Positions 1 through 12,919 of a DNA stretch of 64,000 nucleotides are shown here, one piece after another (the stretch's first letter is position 1; each line of letters starts with the position of its first letter). Source of the DNA: Phoronis australis. Its lineage: Eukaryota; Animalia; Phoronida. Made by a program: the position numbers and the translations under genes. Where the stretch lies: the NCBI GenBank assembly GCA_002633005.1, contig NMRA01000250.1:211112-275111 (forward strand), written 5' to 3'. Below the pieces are notes generated by a model. That model made no database searches. It was not told the origin of the DNA and saw nothing but the letters and a program-made list of their open reading frames with translations.

Positions 1-424
1 TCTCCGTCATAATAACTGAGTGCAAGTGGATTTCACCACCATTTGGAATGATAACTCACAAGTCGACTGGTCAACACCTATCATGACTGGGAAATGTTAG
101 CCAAGTTTGGACATTTTCTATGGCTTTACACAACCTTAAATGCTCAAAGACACAACTACATGATGGGATCCAACTCATGACATTCCGTTAACACCCCACT
201 ATGTTAATCACTGAGCCACAGGTGCTAGACCACATATATGGAATATTTAATGTCAATTTAGACAATTTCTAATAAGAAAACCGAGCATGTCTTAAAAATG
301 ACAGGGAACTGAACAGTTGTTTTCTCTCAGCATTTTTGTTTACATTCTAGCTAAAAAAAACAATTAGGTAGACATATTAGTGTTTACGGATACTTACTCA
401 AAATAAATGTAGGCAACTGCCAAA

Positions 425-604
425 TTTCTGTCCAATTACAACTTTGACAATCAATTTTTGTCCAACTTAAACCCTCACCTCTACTATATGTCCAATCACA
501 ATTACACTGACCTCAATTTTCTGTCCAATGACAACACTGACCTCAACTTTCTGACCAATTACAACACTGACCTCAACTTTCTGGCCAATCACAGTACTGA
601 CCTG
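425..604. repeat. 30-nt degenerate minisatellite at CCDC191 donor site
   Basis: Units ctgacctcaactttctgnccaatnacaaca, about 4 good plus 2 decayed copies. Confidence 0.85.
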
Positions 605-1015
605 CTGCTGTTCTGCCTGCTGCTTTAACACCTGCTGCTGCTGGTTGAAGATCAAGTCCTCAATCATTCTTTGCTGCTCGCGAATTTTCTTCTGCTGCTC
701 TGACAAAATCTTCTGCTGAGCCTTCTGTCTATGTTCAAATGTGTTTGGCACAAACGGAGTTTTCTCCCATGGTTTCTCATCCTCCGTCTCCTCTCCTTCA
801 TTGCCAATGGCTACATCAAAAGCATCAACGGGAGGGGCATCGCCACCGGCGACATTCTTCATGGATGGGTGAGCAATTTGCTCTTTGCTGAGTTTCACGT
901 GCTTCTTTGTCACCTGCCAAGGCTCTGTGGGTTTACGGAGTTGTTTACTTGACGCGTTGTTGGTTCGGCTGGATGCACTGGATAGCTTTTTAGAAGGTTG
1001 GGCAAACAACTCATC
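602..1015 (-). CDS. CCDC191: CCDC191-like exon (DELFAQPSKK...QQAEQQQ)
   Basis: ttcag acceptor, CAG|gtcagt donor, 414 nt open, Q-rich coiled coil; further in-frame donors lie downstream (see findings). Confidence 0.8.
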
Positions 1016-4000
1016 CTGAATAATGTAAATTGAAGCAGCTTACTTAACTGTAGCATGGCATTGTTATAATTTGGGGGATTTCATCTACTGCAAACTTAAT
1101 CAGTTAGCGTCGCTGCTGTCATTTTTCAAATACATTGTGGGACAGTTGTTGACTTGTAAACATCTGGTTTCCCAATGTTCAGCCGTCCCTGTTGACAATT
1201 TAGGTTTAGTAGTTACTGTGAGTTCAATACCTAGAGAATGGATGCTTCATTTTATTTCAAACAAACCCCAAAGCAGTGGCTACATTTTTGTACATTTTAT
1301 CAGGGAGGGGGACGGAATTGACAATTTGTAAACATAACAGTTGCGATGGCAAATGATGCATAACATTCAGCTTGTCAAATGATGTTACAATCATTAAAGA
1401 AACCTTTACCACTTTGGTCCTAGCTGATGCTGTTTCCTTCCTCGCTGAATGCATTGATCCCTCACCACCCGTATTACTATGACTGGTCCACAATCGGCCG
1501 CTGGCAGCTGCCTCCAGGAAGTCGGACATCTTGTTACGTGTCTTACTCGTCTCCTCCATGATTTCCACGTGAGTCTGTTGTCGTTGAACCCACGCACGCC
1601 ACGACTGGAAGTACTGGTTGAGTAGTTTAAGTCTCACGTGATCCTCGGCCATTTGATTCAACCTAAGGAAGAAATGTTTGATGAGCTCTAAGCCTGCCCT
1701 CTGCGAACAAACTTAATACAGGAAAAGGCCTCTTATCCCACCAGTCCACACGGCCTCCTCTCAAGTGTTACTGAACTGTCAGTTAATCTCATGCTCAGTT
1801 ACCGCTTCTAAGTTGTGCAAGGAGCAAGTTGATACCAATTTTGTAACAGTTAGTGGTCGAAGATATCTTTTTTGACAGCGGGGATGTTCATAGCAGGTCC
1901 CATGCAGCGTTAGTTATGTCAGTCAGAAGACACAAATTTCAAAACTCAAATAAGTCAAGTAAGAAGTCTAATTTGATAAAGGGCTTGCAGCCTTGAAAAC
2001 ACCACACGCTCATTGGCACTATTTGATCAACTGCTATATGTATTTTGTATAATCAGCAAAGGGTCCAGTTTCAAGCATGTGTTACACGCCATTTCATAAG
2101 AAAAATTTTGAGACCTAATTTGCACCTGAAATAAGAGGCCAAACTTTGATTTATTTTTTTCCGAGAGTGGAACAGAAGGAAAAGTACTTTCAATTCATGA
2201 ATGTTTTGGGGATAAAATGAAAAAATTAACGTTGAGGAACTTAAAATTTACTTGGTGTTCTAAATGAAGCAAGGGACCATCCCATAGAACTACCTGTATT
2301 CAGGAAACTGGGTCCTTTATTACACAAATGCCTCTTATCTATTTCTTCTTCCAATCTATACAGATGTCAAACATAGGGACATTACTTGCTGAGTATTGAA
2401 TTGCCCATTGAATAAGATGCTCAACAACATTTTATTTGTTAGTTTCGAAAATCAAAGTAACAGCCAGTGCTCAAATTTGATTGCGTATTTGCGGTTGACG
2501 TGATTTTATGATGAGTACAATGTCCTTAATACACATGTAGCTCTCAGTCAAACAAATCAACAATTAACTCTCCTCGTACAGACAGAACAACCGGGCAAGA
2601 CCTCTGACTGGTGCTCAGTGATGACTTCCAGCTTACAAACCAATCAGATGTCTTTGTTGGTTGACTCTGCGAAACCAGTGAAGTAAATCAAGAGCAACCT
2701 TTGAAGCTCTTCCCTCTGACCTTGAGAGGGTTTGCAGAAACTTTAACTCCTGACTACCATATCTGGATAGATACAATACAAGTATGCAGTGTTGCGCTTT
2801 AGCATTAAAACTGCCCACTTTGAAACCCTGTATCTCTTCATTTTTGCTGAAGCGGGTCCCCACAAGCGCAGTAGTCTTTCAACCAAATTTGAATTCTGAA
2901 TAGCTATTAAATATTAAATAAAAATATTGCTGCTCACCTGTGCATATACTTGACTTGCACCTGGTGTTCGATGTCCTCCCGCTGTAGCCTACGAGAACGC
3001 GTGTACGCTTTCCAGGCATTCCACGCTCTTAGTAGACATCTCCAGTCAAGGATGGCCTGAGCCTTACCCATTTTAACCCGCTTCTCCAGAACGAGGTCGT
3101 ACCAGGCGGAGAAGTGTCTCTGGAGGATCTGTTGAGAGAACAACACGATTTGAGAATATATTACAATGCACAACTACCAAGTTGTCTCCTTGGAGGGATA
3201 CGCCCTTTGACTACGTATTCAGGAGCACCCTTTTGAATACCGTAATCAGACATGTCGACATCATGGCGCCTAATTTTGTAAATTGCAATAAGGATTGATA
3301 TTGACATCGACTACTAACGTGGCACTAAATTCTAATTACAGAGTGGCTTGGTCACGTGACTAACTTTCCTGTTAACTCCCCTTCATATCTGACAATGAAG
3401 AAAGGCTACTCTGAAGATCAATTCGGCTTTCGCCCAGCCGTCATGACGGGGAATTCATTTTGTCAGAACACTTCTGGTGTGTACTGTACGTGCCACCGAG
3501 AGAAGGAATCATGGTAGACATGTGAGACTTTGTTTTTCATTTTTTTCATCAAAATAAATTGTTCTCATTGTACTACATCATAACAACAACCAGAAAATCT
3601 TTTTTAAGAAATTGTGTTTTTCTCCAAAATAAGCTTACCATGATCTCAAAGTGGTTTCAGAGAGTTTGTTTTGAATGACTGTTTTGCATTTTGGATCCTT
3701 AGACTATTAAAACTTACTATCAAATGAGTTCTGAAGTCCAAACGTGCTAAATTAACAGCTGAAAAAGAAAAAAGGTAAAACTACCCATAAACCAGTGACT
3801 AACCTGTAAACGATGTGCTGCCTCTTTTGTCTGCACGACTTCCATAGCTTTCAGCAGATTTCTGCGTTTACGTTCTTCACGCTGAATCTCTTTAGTTGGC
3901 AAACTTGTGTCAGAAAATGTGGCTGTATGTTCACTCCTACAGTGAATTAGTAGAAAAAATACATCTAAAGCTTATCTATCAGCAACAGTAGTCCGAATGG

Positions 4001-7000
4001 TTATTTTCAAAATGGCAGTGCAGATCCAAGGTCATGATTCATGAGTAGGAACAAACTACTTCTTGACGGTTACGTAAATGTGCCTCTGTCGTCAGTAGCA
4101 CTTCCAGACTGTTTCATTAAATAACATTTCAGACTCAACTCAAGACAGAAACTTTGATTCACCCTCCCATTTCACTCTTCGTGAATTAACTTTTTGCCAT
4201 GTAATTGTTACCAGGTAATAGTTTATAATAAATATTTAATGAATCAAAATTACCCTCCACTATGAAGTTTGGGTATATTTTTAAGATGCTTTTACTTTTG
4301 CTGAGGTGAGATGAAATTATTTTTCAGAAACTGTTTCACAGCTGACATGAATGAATTCATATCAGGCTAATAATAAACTATCATCATACAGCATTTCATA
4401 CTTGGAAAACGTCTTTTGATCATTTATCATTGCTGTGGGATAAGAAATCATTAAATTATCAGAGTTGATGACAAACCTTGTATGAACTGTTAATGTCATC
4501 TTTTCAAAGCAAAAAAAATTACTTAGGATAGCAAACAACAAATCACCTGTCAGAAGGGGGACCCCATGCTGTTCTGGGTGAGCTGTTCATTGATAACACA
4601 TCACTTCTCTGGGTCAACAAATTGTCTTGATTTTGGCTGAGCACATTTGGTCGAACATTCTCCATGGATTCTTGCTTTTTTCTACAATGACCCACACATA
4701 TTTGAGGAGTACAATAAAAGAGCAAGGCAACAACAAATGATGATTATATTGCCACAAGCAATTCACAGTTTCAAAAAAACTGCATAATATACAAGAAATC
4801 ACATAATATTAAACATGCAAAAAAAATAAAACAGGTTTTAGATTTGGTTGATACACCTCTCAAGGTCCCACGGGACTATTAAACGAGGGGAATGTTGACT
4901 GCAAAAAGATGACTGTATGACTAATGTTAAAAGAATACCCACCACAAGCCTAAATGACTCACTCATATATATTTTATGTAACAACCAAACGGGGTCAAAA
5001 AACTTCTATTGAATTTTACAGTTATTAACTGGAAGGCATCGAGAAGAGATTTTGTGTGTTCTAGGGTTGCGCGTGAATAGTGGACTTTCCATCACAATAA
5101 TATCTCACAATTGGCATAACTTTAAACTCTGAAATCAATACCAGAGAGATATGGAGTAATAAACCCATACTCTAGAGGCCAATGACGAACCTGTTCTCCA
5201 ACCTATACTCAATCGTCTGTCAGTGTGGCTTAGTGGGACTCAAAAACACAATCTACAGATCAGGTGAAGGCTGCAATACCAATGAGGGACACTGTCTTCA
5301 CCCTGTATCATATAACTAACAAACCAGCTTCATTCTATACAGTGTTTACTTGCATCAATGTCTTATACAAGCATTGTGCACCAAGAAAGCCTGTGCGATG
5401 GTTTATGACAAATTAAGTCAGCCATGAAAACGACATGCTTTTTTGTTCAGAGTTTAGATTTCGAAAATAAGTTACTAAATGAAGACTTGTGTTGAAAGAA
5501 TTTTACCGTTCTCTATCGATCCGTAGTCTTTCTTCCGCCATCTCCCTTCGTATCCTCGCCATTTCTTGTTGTATCAACTCTTCCTCTTGTTTCTTTTTGA
5601 GCTGTTTGTCTCTGTCCTCCTAAAAGACAAATTGAATAGCCATAATATCGTTTTCAACATCGCCACAGCTTTGCGTGCAAAGCTGGCATGACAATGTATA
5701 TCGCAACCATTTTTAAGTCTGGTCAGCATACCCACTAATGAATATAAGTCTGAAAAGATTTCTGTCCCAACCGGGACTCAAACCCACGACCTCCTCCTAA
5801 CCGTGCAGATGCTCCAATCTACTGAACCATCAGGACCATCGGTCAAATACCAAGTGTTCAAACTGAAAGTGTGATGCTATCACCAAGCTGCACAATGCAA
5901 GTACTGTGTGTCTGACCAGCTGAATAATCATGTTAGTTTCATTACCTGCTTCAGCCATAATTGTTAAAGTCTCAGGCAAATTGTTATGTACTGAGGCCAT
6001 TGAGCACTCACCAGAACTGAAAAACGAGGGAACACAGCTTGCTTGGAGTGGTTGCCATTTTCGAAACTTACTCAATGCCACAGACCTCCACTTTGAGGAA
6101 TTGCCATGTTTCATAAAGCACAACATGCCCAATTGACCAAAAGAACTTCATAAAGGCAAAGTTTCACTTTAACGAGAATGAGATGATGGTTACTGTGCGA
6201 AAGCAAATAAAACGTCAGAGATGATATCCAAGACAAAGTCATGAAAAATCTGGCTGACTGATTTAAATGAGTTTTCTTTACCTTCATAACAATTTGTTTA
6301 GCCTTAAGCTGAACTTCTTTCTGACGCTGTCTCTCCAACCGCTGTCTTTCTAATTCTTTCTCTCTCTTTTCCCTGTTTTCTTTGACCTACAGAACCAGTG
6401 CTAAATACATTATAATAGACTAACTCTTCCTCTTTGAATCCCTACCAGGACCTCAAACACTCATCAAATACAGCACTAGTGCATTTTTGAATATATGGCA
6501 ACCTTGCATACTAAGTCAGATCCAACCGAACTAAGACTTTATTTGAATAAGACACAATATGGCTTATGTGTTACCATGCTTTGTCAGAGTAAATGAACAT
6601 CTAACTTTCCTGAGTTTTTAATGTATATCCTAAAACAACAGCAGAAAAACACTCATATTGTTTCTTGTTCATAAACTATTGGCATTTTATTCAAATATTG
6701 TGGCCACTAACTGCTCTCAGGCAGGTCATCCAGATTAATGCTTTAACCCTTATCCTGCCCTAGGCAAGGTCAGCTGACATGCCAATTATCCTATTACAAG
6801 GTGTTGGGTGTATTCAATCCACTATGATAAATTGCAGCTGGGCTGGGCTAGGAGATTGCACGCAGCCCAGGACACTTGTAATTTTCATTCAGAAATTGTA
6901 AGAGCCCTGAAATGTTGTTTAGATATGTAAGCATGTGCATTTTGTAGATCACAGTTTCCTCTACATTTCTCTGATTTAAACCATTTGGCTGTGATTACTA

Positions 7001-10000
7001 GTTTGGGAGATATTGGCAGGTTTGTGTGTGTAGACAGTCACATAGATTCATTACATGGCTGTAGCCAGATGTGAGAGGATGACAGTGGATCAGTTTACTT
7101 TCACTAAGGCTATGATGAAGATTTACATAATTATAGTGATAATCTCCAATAAATTCTGGACAACTTTTACATTGGCATCTTTTCTGTGAAATTAACATTT
7201 CCCCTTCAAATTTCCAGTTTAAAGTTGTTAGGTCATCAGTCCCCGTGACCTTCTTAACAGCTTAGTGTACAACAGTAGTGATGACCTAATTTGCTCAGCA
7301 CACAGGGAAAGTAGTCTGAATAGAGGCTCAGCAGGATAAGGGTTAAATCACAGGAATAATTTTCTCCCACAGATAGCCATACAAAAACGGAGCCTGACCA
7401 CTAATATTTGCCATTAGGCAGACTGTTCTAAACTGGAAAATGGTTCGACAGGTGATGCAATAATTTTCCGGATCTTCCTAGTCAGATCAGTTTTTAAAAG
7501 GACACTATACCCTGTTTTGATGATTTCAACCAATCCTCATTTTGTCACCTAATAATGCATCATTGCCGTCAACCTTCAAAGTTAAAGGCAGGAATCCTCT
7601 AAGAACTCATACTACCTGTCTCACAAATTGGATATTGTGGTCCTTGCTAGGTAGACTTTTCCCACAGTTGCTGTGAAATTCGTTAAAAGCCTAGGTCACT
7701 TTGAAAGGAGTTTTCGAATTTTCTTTCAAACTTTTGAGGGTTGTCGAGGGTTACAGAGCATCATTTTGTTTGATAGAGCTGGATAGGAAAGTCGTTTCTG
7801 CTAATAGGCCAAAACCGGGTTTTGTATCATTCTAAATTTAAAGACAGCTGGAATCTCGTAAGTTTCACACATGTGGTTTGTCCACCAGGTCAAGCCTTGA
7901 ATAATGTACTTCCTTAGTACACATACTTTATCCATTACAAGCAAATTGTAAACTACAGACACACAACATTAACATGTCATTATACCAGGAACACATGATA
8001 ATAACCACAAGGATACATACTCAGAAGATGGAATTATTTAACTTTATTAGCACCAAAATACAGGCTTGGTTGTGCTTTTGGTAACAGATTTGCTAACAGA
8101 AAATGTGCCGGCGACATCATCATGGAATGAGGACCAATCATTTATTATGTGCTGAAATCAATTCTGTCCTCTTACTCAACATAAAGCTTTGTTTTCGTCA
8201 AACACTCGCCTAAACTGTCAGTTTATTTTGGTAAATCCCAATATGAAGAAATTTTAAATATGACAATTCTTAATTATTTAGCACAAAATATGGTCGACAA
8301 CTGCAATTCCATTTTGTAGTCTATCACTAACACGGTTTTGCGCTGTGCAGATGTCAACAACAATAGATTAAGTTTCCATTATTTGTAGAAAATGAATCAG
8401 CTTTTGAACTATTATATAATAGAAAAAATACAGATTTGACAATTATTTTCATTTGAAATAATTATTATTACTAAAACTAGACTCGTGTACAATATTTGTA
8501 CAAAGTTAACAATTCAAATATTAATTAAAGATCACGTGTCCAGATACCATGTTTTCCGGCGCTTTCTGGGCTTAACTCTGATTCTTGTACGTTGCATTTT
8601 TCATCATAAACATCTAAAAAATATGGATTATCAAAACTCATATTGATTTTGCCTCAAGCAAAATGTTTTTAATACATTAAAAACAATGTTTTACACAGTT
8701 AAGCGAATTCAGTGTCATTGTCTTAATTTAGTTAAAACAAGAAGTGGAGTTCTCCAAATTCACTATCTGTCACGCAACGGTGCTTCACATAGACATGCTT
8801 GCATTCACGTTATCGCTTGCATTTCTTATCATGCAAACGCCCCTATGCTGTTCTCAGTCTACTCAGCGCCACCGATAAAATATCACGTTGTCAACTACTT
8901 TCATGTACTTGCCTTTTGATGTCGCATTTCCATTCTTAGTCTGGGATTTTCCTCTCTCACATCAACTCTTCTGAGATCACGAATTTTTTCCTTGTGTATA
9001 ACATCTTTGTCCATCATATTCTGTAGAATGTTGTTGACAATGTCTCCCTCGTCATCCTTTTCATAATCGTAGGCGTAAACTGCGAACACATCAAATTTGA
9101 AATAAAGCTGTTGAATGCTCTAAAGAATGATAACGGTAGATATTGTAACAATGGTGTTTTCAAGAGTAAGTATTGCAGTTAGCTTTACCAAGTCAGGGGC
9201 CTCTCCTTCAGGAATCAGAAGCAGTTGTTAAAATAAACTGGCAGATTTGTGTCTTCATCAATGAATATTACATTTAGCTTTGAGTCACAAAGTTCTCCCT
9301 CAGGAATCAAAACCAGTCGTTAAAATAAATAGGACACATTTCAGCAGAGATCAGTCAAGCTCCGCTAAACTTTGAGGCAGAATTATTCAGAAACGAAACA
9401 GAATTTTCAATGGGCTAAAATATTATCAAAGACAAACTTTAGCAAGAGATCAATTTGTCACTGATGTGCTAATATGGCTGACGGACAACACTGAATTTTT
9501 TATGCATACACTCCATTGAATACAGAAGCCAAGAAAAATATTTTTGAACAGATTATGTGTATCCAGTAAAACTTTAGGTATAATTATAATTTGAACTGGG
9601 GGCATGTTTCATAAAAAGTGACGTAAGACTTAAATCAGAAATACAGACTCTAAAGGTTTGCTCATGCCAAATAAATGAAAATGCAAACCATCTGTATTTT
9701 TCTTGGTTTTCTCATGTTGTGCATCCCACTTAAACAGGTCGTTTCTAATAACGACGGGCGAGGTCGTGTCCTCTTTGGCTTCCCACTGAGGGTCGAGGTA
9801 GTCATTCATTTCTTCGTCAATGTCTACTTTCTCTGACATCCACTGCTGAAGTAGTTCTTGAGCTAAAAAGAAATTGAAAACATTTCACTAAACCATTACG
9901 TCACATGATGTGGCCAACTGGTGGCGTGCAGACCAGATTTAAAATTTTGTGATTTCACAAGACATGACACATTAAAACTACCATAAATCCTGGTCTTGGT

Positions 10001-12222
10001 CCAAAAACAACTTTTGGTTTTTCTTCAAACAGTTTCATCAGGATAGTGAATAACAATTGACACAGGGAAATTATTTTTTTCCACCCAAAAAAGTGGTAAA
10101 CACCTGCATCTGTAATTTGTGATGTCTTCCTCAGTGCAAATCAGGTGACATACATCCTGTGTACAGCGCCACCTATTACGCACTGAGGAAAATATCTGGA
10201 ACAGCAGTCGAAAATTTCTACAGGTATTTACGACCCTTTTGGATGGAAACAATGAATTTCCCTGTATCAACGTGTTAATGTTTGGTGTAATCCATTGCCG
10301 TTATAAAACTAACCACAACATATTCCTTATTGAGAATGAGGATGATTTCAAGGCTTAGGAAAAAAATTGTCAGTTCGCTATAGCATGAGTTAAGGCTCAG
10401 ACAGTTGACCTGTCACGTGTGGTCAATTTCGGCATCACAAACGTCCATTGCAATAGCCCAGAAGACCAATCTAATCTGAGTAAAGAACAACTCGAGGCCT
10501 TTTTACATTGGTAAGTAGTCTAAATAAAAATTTAATGGAAGGTAGGTTTCTAGCAGCTTCAACCACACCAACAACTTTTAGTAATTTTCTAAAATCGTCT
10601 GGGAGTGTCTTCTGGTGAGACTGTGAGAAGAAAATATCCAGAAACACAATATGCAGCAGTGTGTTCTCACAGGCTGCGCGTGATCAACTTTGACACTTGC
10701 GCATGGTCAAGGGGTTAAGAAATCTTATTGGAATGTAAGCTGGAGGTCGCCATGTAGAACCACTGACCCGTCGGTGAGGTCAATCATGTAAAACCGCAGT
10801 TATCTACATTTCACAAAAGCTGCACGAATTTAAACATGTTTCCTAGGTTAAAAACAATTGCAGTTGGCCTGGTTCGCGTTGTACCAGACACGCGCACGTC
10901 GCTCATGTGGGCGCATTGCACTGATCACCTGGAACCATTTTTATGCTTTATTTAGCTGAGGAACTAGAGACCTCAAAGGTCTAGCAGTGCCCTCCAGTGG
11001 GATTTGAAGACACAACGTTGAGTAAAGGAAGCAGATATTTATCCCAGTAGGCCACACTGCTTGCTCTATATCCTAGGTTAACTGGCCAACTACTTTGTTA
11101 ACTTAATTTAGCCATTGCTTATTTTGCATAAATTGCGCAACATCCTGTCACTCAAATTACAGAAAATATAATTCTGAATGACATTTAGCAGCACACACTG
11201 TGAAACTCATTCACAGTCTAAAAATAAACACAATAAGAATAGAAAATTAAGTAACAACATAACAACATGTCATTACAATAATAATAATAGCAATAACGAT
11301 AACCAGAATAACCACAACATTATCCGCAAAAGTCCCCAACCTTCAGCGTATGTGTCTTCATGTTCGTGCAGTTGTTCCACTGTGCCCAACACTTCATACT
11401 TGGCGTTTCGCTTGTTGCTGGAGTGAGGCAAGCCAAAAGCTTCCGCAGCTGCCTGATTGGTCACCTCTTCCACCTTCTGATGTGCGAGAGAGAGAGAGAT
11501 TGTAACATCGTATGACATAACCTGCACACACAGGATTTACTTCAGAAAGGATTTGTATCGTTTTTCTACACATTTTCAGAGGGGGACACAGCTATGACAC
11601 TAAATTATTAATTTTCAACTTATTGTGCACAAAAATGTCATTTCTAGAAGGCTGATTACTTTACTACAAATAATAGAAAATTTATCAAAAATTCTTTCAT
11701 AACATGTACACTGAACACAGTACAAGTTGTATTAATGATTGTCTAAAATTTTCTAAACTTTCATTTTTGTGTAAAATTTGACAAAATAGGATTTCACTCG
11801 TCGCCATCTGTTAGAAGTTTGCTATAATTCATCAAGATATTTTACTAGTAAGTTTTCTCTCTAATACAGATCACCAATCAATGGACACACAATGAAAAAG
11901 CCAGATTCTTCTATTTATTGTCAAAGCATAGTTTGCTTTGAAAACTTATCTTTCCTCACGAATCTATTAGAAACCTTGGAAATCATTTTACTAGTTGTGG
12001 AGAATTTTCAAAGTTCTGAAAATTTCACCATAAGTTTTGACACATTATCGTATTTAATATCTCGGACATTCGCAATACTTCAAAATACAATAAGTTGTTT
12101 TCCATTCTCCTGGTTAAAAATTGCTTAGAAGCTAGGTCGACCAAATGGCATGCCACTTAGTTATGTTTCATGTAAAGTATTACCTGAATCCATCTTTCTA
12201 TATCATTTGCATTGGGAAGTAC
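602..12222 (-). CDS. CCDC191: Coiled-coil domain-containing protein 191-like gene (multi-exon; first exon not located, 3' part beyond window start)
   Basis: 11 phase-consistent exons: 12222-12184, 11476-11341, 9862-9689, 9079-8913, 6386-6282, 5619-5507, 4681-4547, 3936-3804, 3128-2938, 1662-1410, 1015-602. Motifs IERWIQKVEE, AQELLQQW, NPRLRMEMRHQKVKENRE, LQRHFSAWYDLVLEKRVKMGKA..DWRCLLRAWNAW resemble CCDC191/KIAA1407 as recalled; not database-checked. Confidence 0.85.
1410..1662 (-). CDS. CCDC191: CCDC191-like exon (LNQMAEDHVRLKLLNQYFQSWRAW...RTKV)
   Basis: ccttag acceptor, GTG|gtaaag donor, phase 2 to 0. Confidence 0.85.
2938..3128 (-). CDS. CCDC191: CCDC191-like exon (ILQRHFSAWYDLV...VKYMH)
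   Basis: caacag acceptor, AG|gtgagc donor; Trp-periodic helix typical of the family. Confidence 0.9.
3315..3470. repeat. Interspersed repeat family (copies near 33945-34225 and, inverted, 40750-40895)
   Basis: Shared aaattctaattacaga...actaactt...cgcccagYcgtcatgacg blocks. Confidence 0.65.
3804..3936 (-). CDS. CCDC191: CCDC191-like exon (SEHTATF...EAAHRLQ)
   Basis: ctgtag acceptor, CAG|gttagt donor; phases fit neighbours. Confidence 0.8.
4547..4681 (-). CDS. CCDC191: CCDC191-like exon (KKQESMENVRP...GPPSD)
   Basis: ttgtag acceptor, AG|gtgatt donor; 135 nt phase 2-2. Confidence 0.7.
5507..5619 (-). CDS. CCDC191: CCDC191-like exon (EDRDKQLKKKQEEELIQQEMARIRREM...)
   Basis: ttttag acceptor, CG|gtaaaa donor; charged coiled coil. 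Confidence 0.85.
5745..5832 (-). mobile_element. tRNA-derived SINE family A, head fragment
   Basis: Minus strand tggttcagtagattgg (A box) ... gggtttgagtccc (B box) then gaaatcttttcagact shared with copies at 60395-60540 and 60620-60805. Confidence 0.7.
6282..6386 (-). CDS. CCDC191: CCDC191-like exon (VKENREKREKELERQR...IVMK)
   Basis: ctgtag acceptor, AAG|gtaaag donor; 105 nt phase 0-0. Confidence 0.85.
6747..7342. mobile_element. Non-autonomous piggyBac-type element (MITE)
   Basis: TTAA|cccttatcctgc ... gcaggataaggg|TTAA: 12-bp perfect TIR, CCC/GGG ends, TTAA target duplication; related copy at 52187. Confidence 0.85.
8913..9079 (-). CDS. CCDC191: CCDC191-like exon (YAYDYEKDD...NPRLRMEMRHQK), GC donor
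   Basis: ttcgcag acceptor; AAG|gcaagt is the donor in phase with the next exon. Confidence 0.85.
9689..9862 (-). CDS. CCDC191: CCDC191-like exon (QELLQQWMSEK...KKNTD)
   Basis: ttttag acceptor, G|gtttgc donor; phase 1-1. Confidence 0.8.
10850..11060 (-). mobile_element. tRNA-derived SINE family B
   Basis: Similar to 61262-61495 (catgtgggcNcattgcactgatcacctggaa core). Confidence 0.75.
11341..11476 (-). CDS. CCDC191: CCDC191-like exon (KVEEVTNQAAAEAFGL...DTYAE)
   Basis: (ct)n tract then catcag acceptor, G|gttggg donor. Confidence 0.8.
12184..12222 (-). CDS. CCDC191: CCDC191-like 39-nt exon (VLPNANDIERWIQ)
   Basis: ttttccag acceptor, CAG|gtaata donor; phase 0-0. Confidence 0.75.
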
Positions 12223-12256
12223 CTGGAAAACAAATAAAGACATTTGAAACACTATG

Positions 12257-12462
12257 ATCACTGGCACATTCTAACATGAAGCATAAATGGGAGGGGTATC
12301 ACTGGCACATTCTAACATGAAGCATAAATGGGAGGGGTATCACTGGCAAATTCTAACATGAAGCATAAATGGGAGGGGTATCACTGGCACATTCTAACAT
12401 GAAGCATAAATGGGAGAGGTATCACTGGCACATTCTAACATGAAGCATAAATGGGAGGGGTA
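12257..12462. repeat. 41-nt minisatellite, 5 copies
   Basis: atcactggcacattctaacatgaagcataaatgggaggggt. Confidence 0.95.
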
Positions 12463-12919
12463 TTCACGGGTGAGGAGATAGATGACCCTGCCTAATTACA
12501 CCTGCAACACTTTGGTTGAAGTTCACGCAGTTACACGCCCCCCAGCAATTCCATACTCGTGGCGTCAAATATTCTCCGTACAGCTAGCCACTTAAACATT
12601 GCTTTTGTAATCCTGAATGAAGTCCTGGACCCGGGTTCTAATTTTTTTTACTCGAAATGGAACTCAAAATTATGTTTGGCATTTTCTACTCTACTTTTGC
12701 GAGAACTCAAGATAAGCGTCTATTATTCTATGCTCGAGTGCATAATGACTAACGTGGATAATTTTATAGTTCTAGTTTGCAGTAGATAAACCAAACATTA
12801 AGGTTAAAAGTTCGAGTTTGAACTCGAAATTTCGAGTTTTTACTCAAGTTTGTAGCATGAATAACAGGGTCATCAAGTGCAAACTTGGGCTAGAAACTCA
12901 TATACGTAAATTATAATGT

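Noticed and set aside
5760-5832. tRNA gene (also 60460-60540, 61432-61495)
   Set aside because: A/B boxes present but no clean cloverleaf, and each is attached to a shared repeat body: SINE heads.
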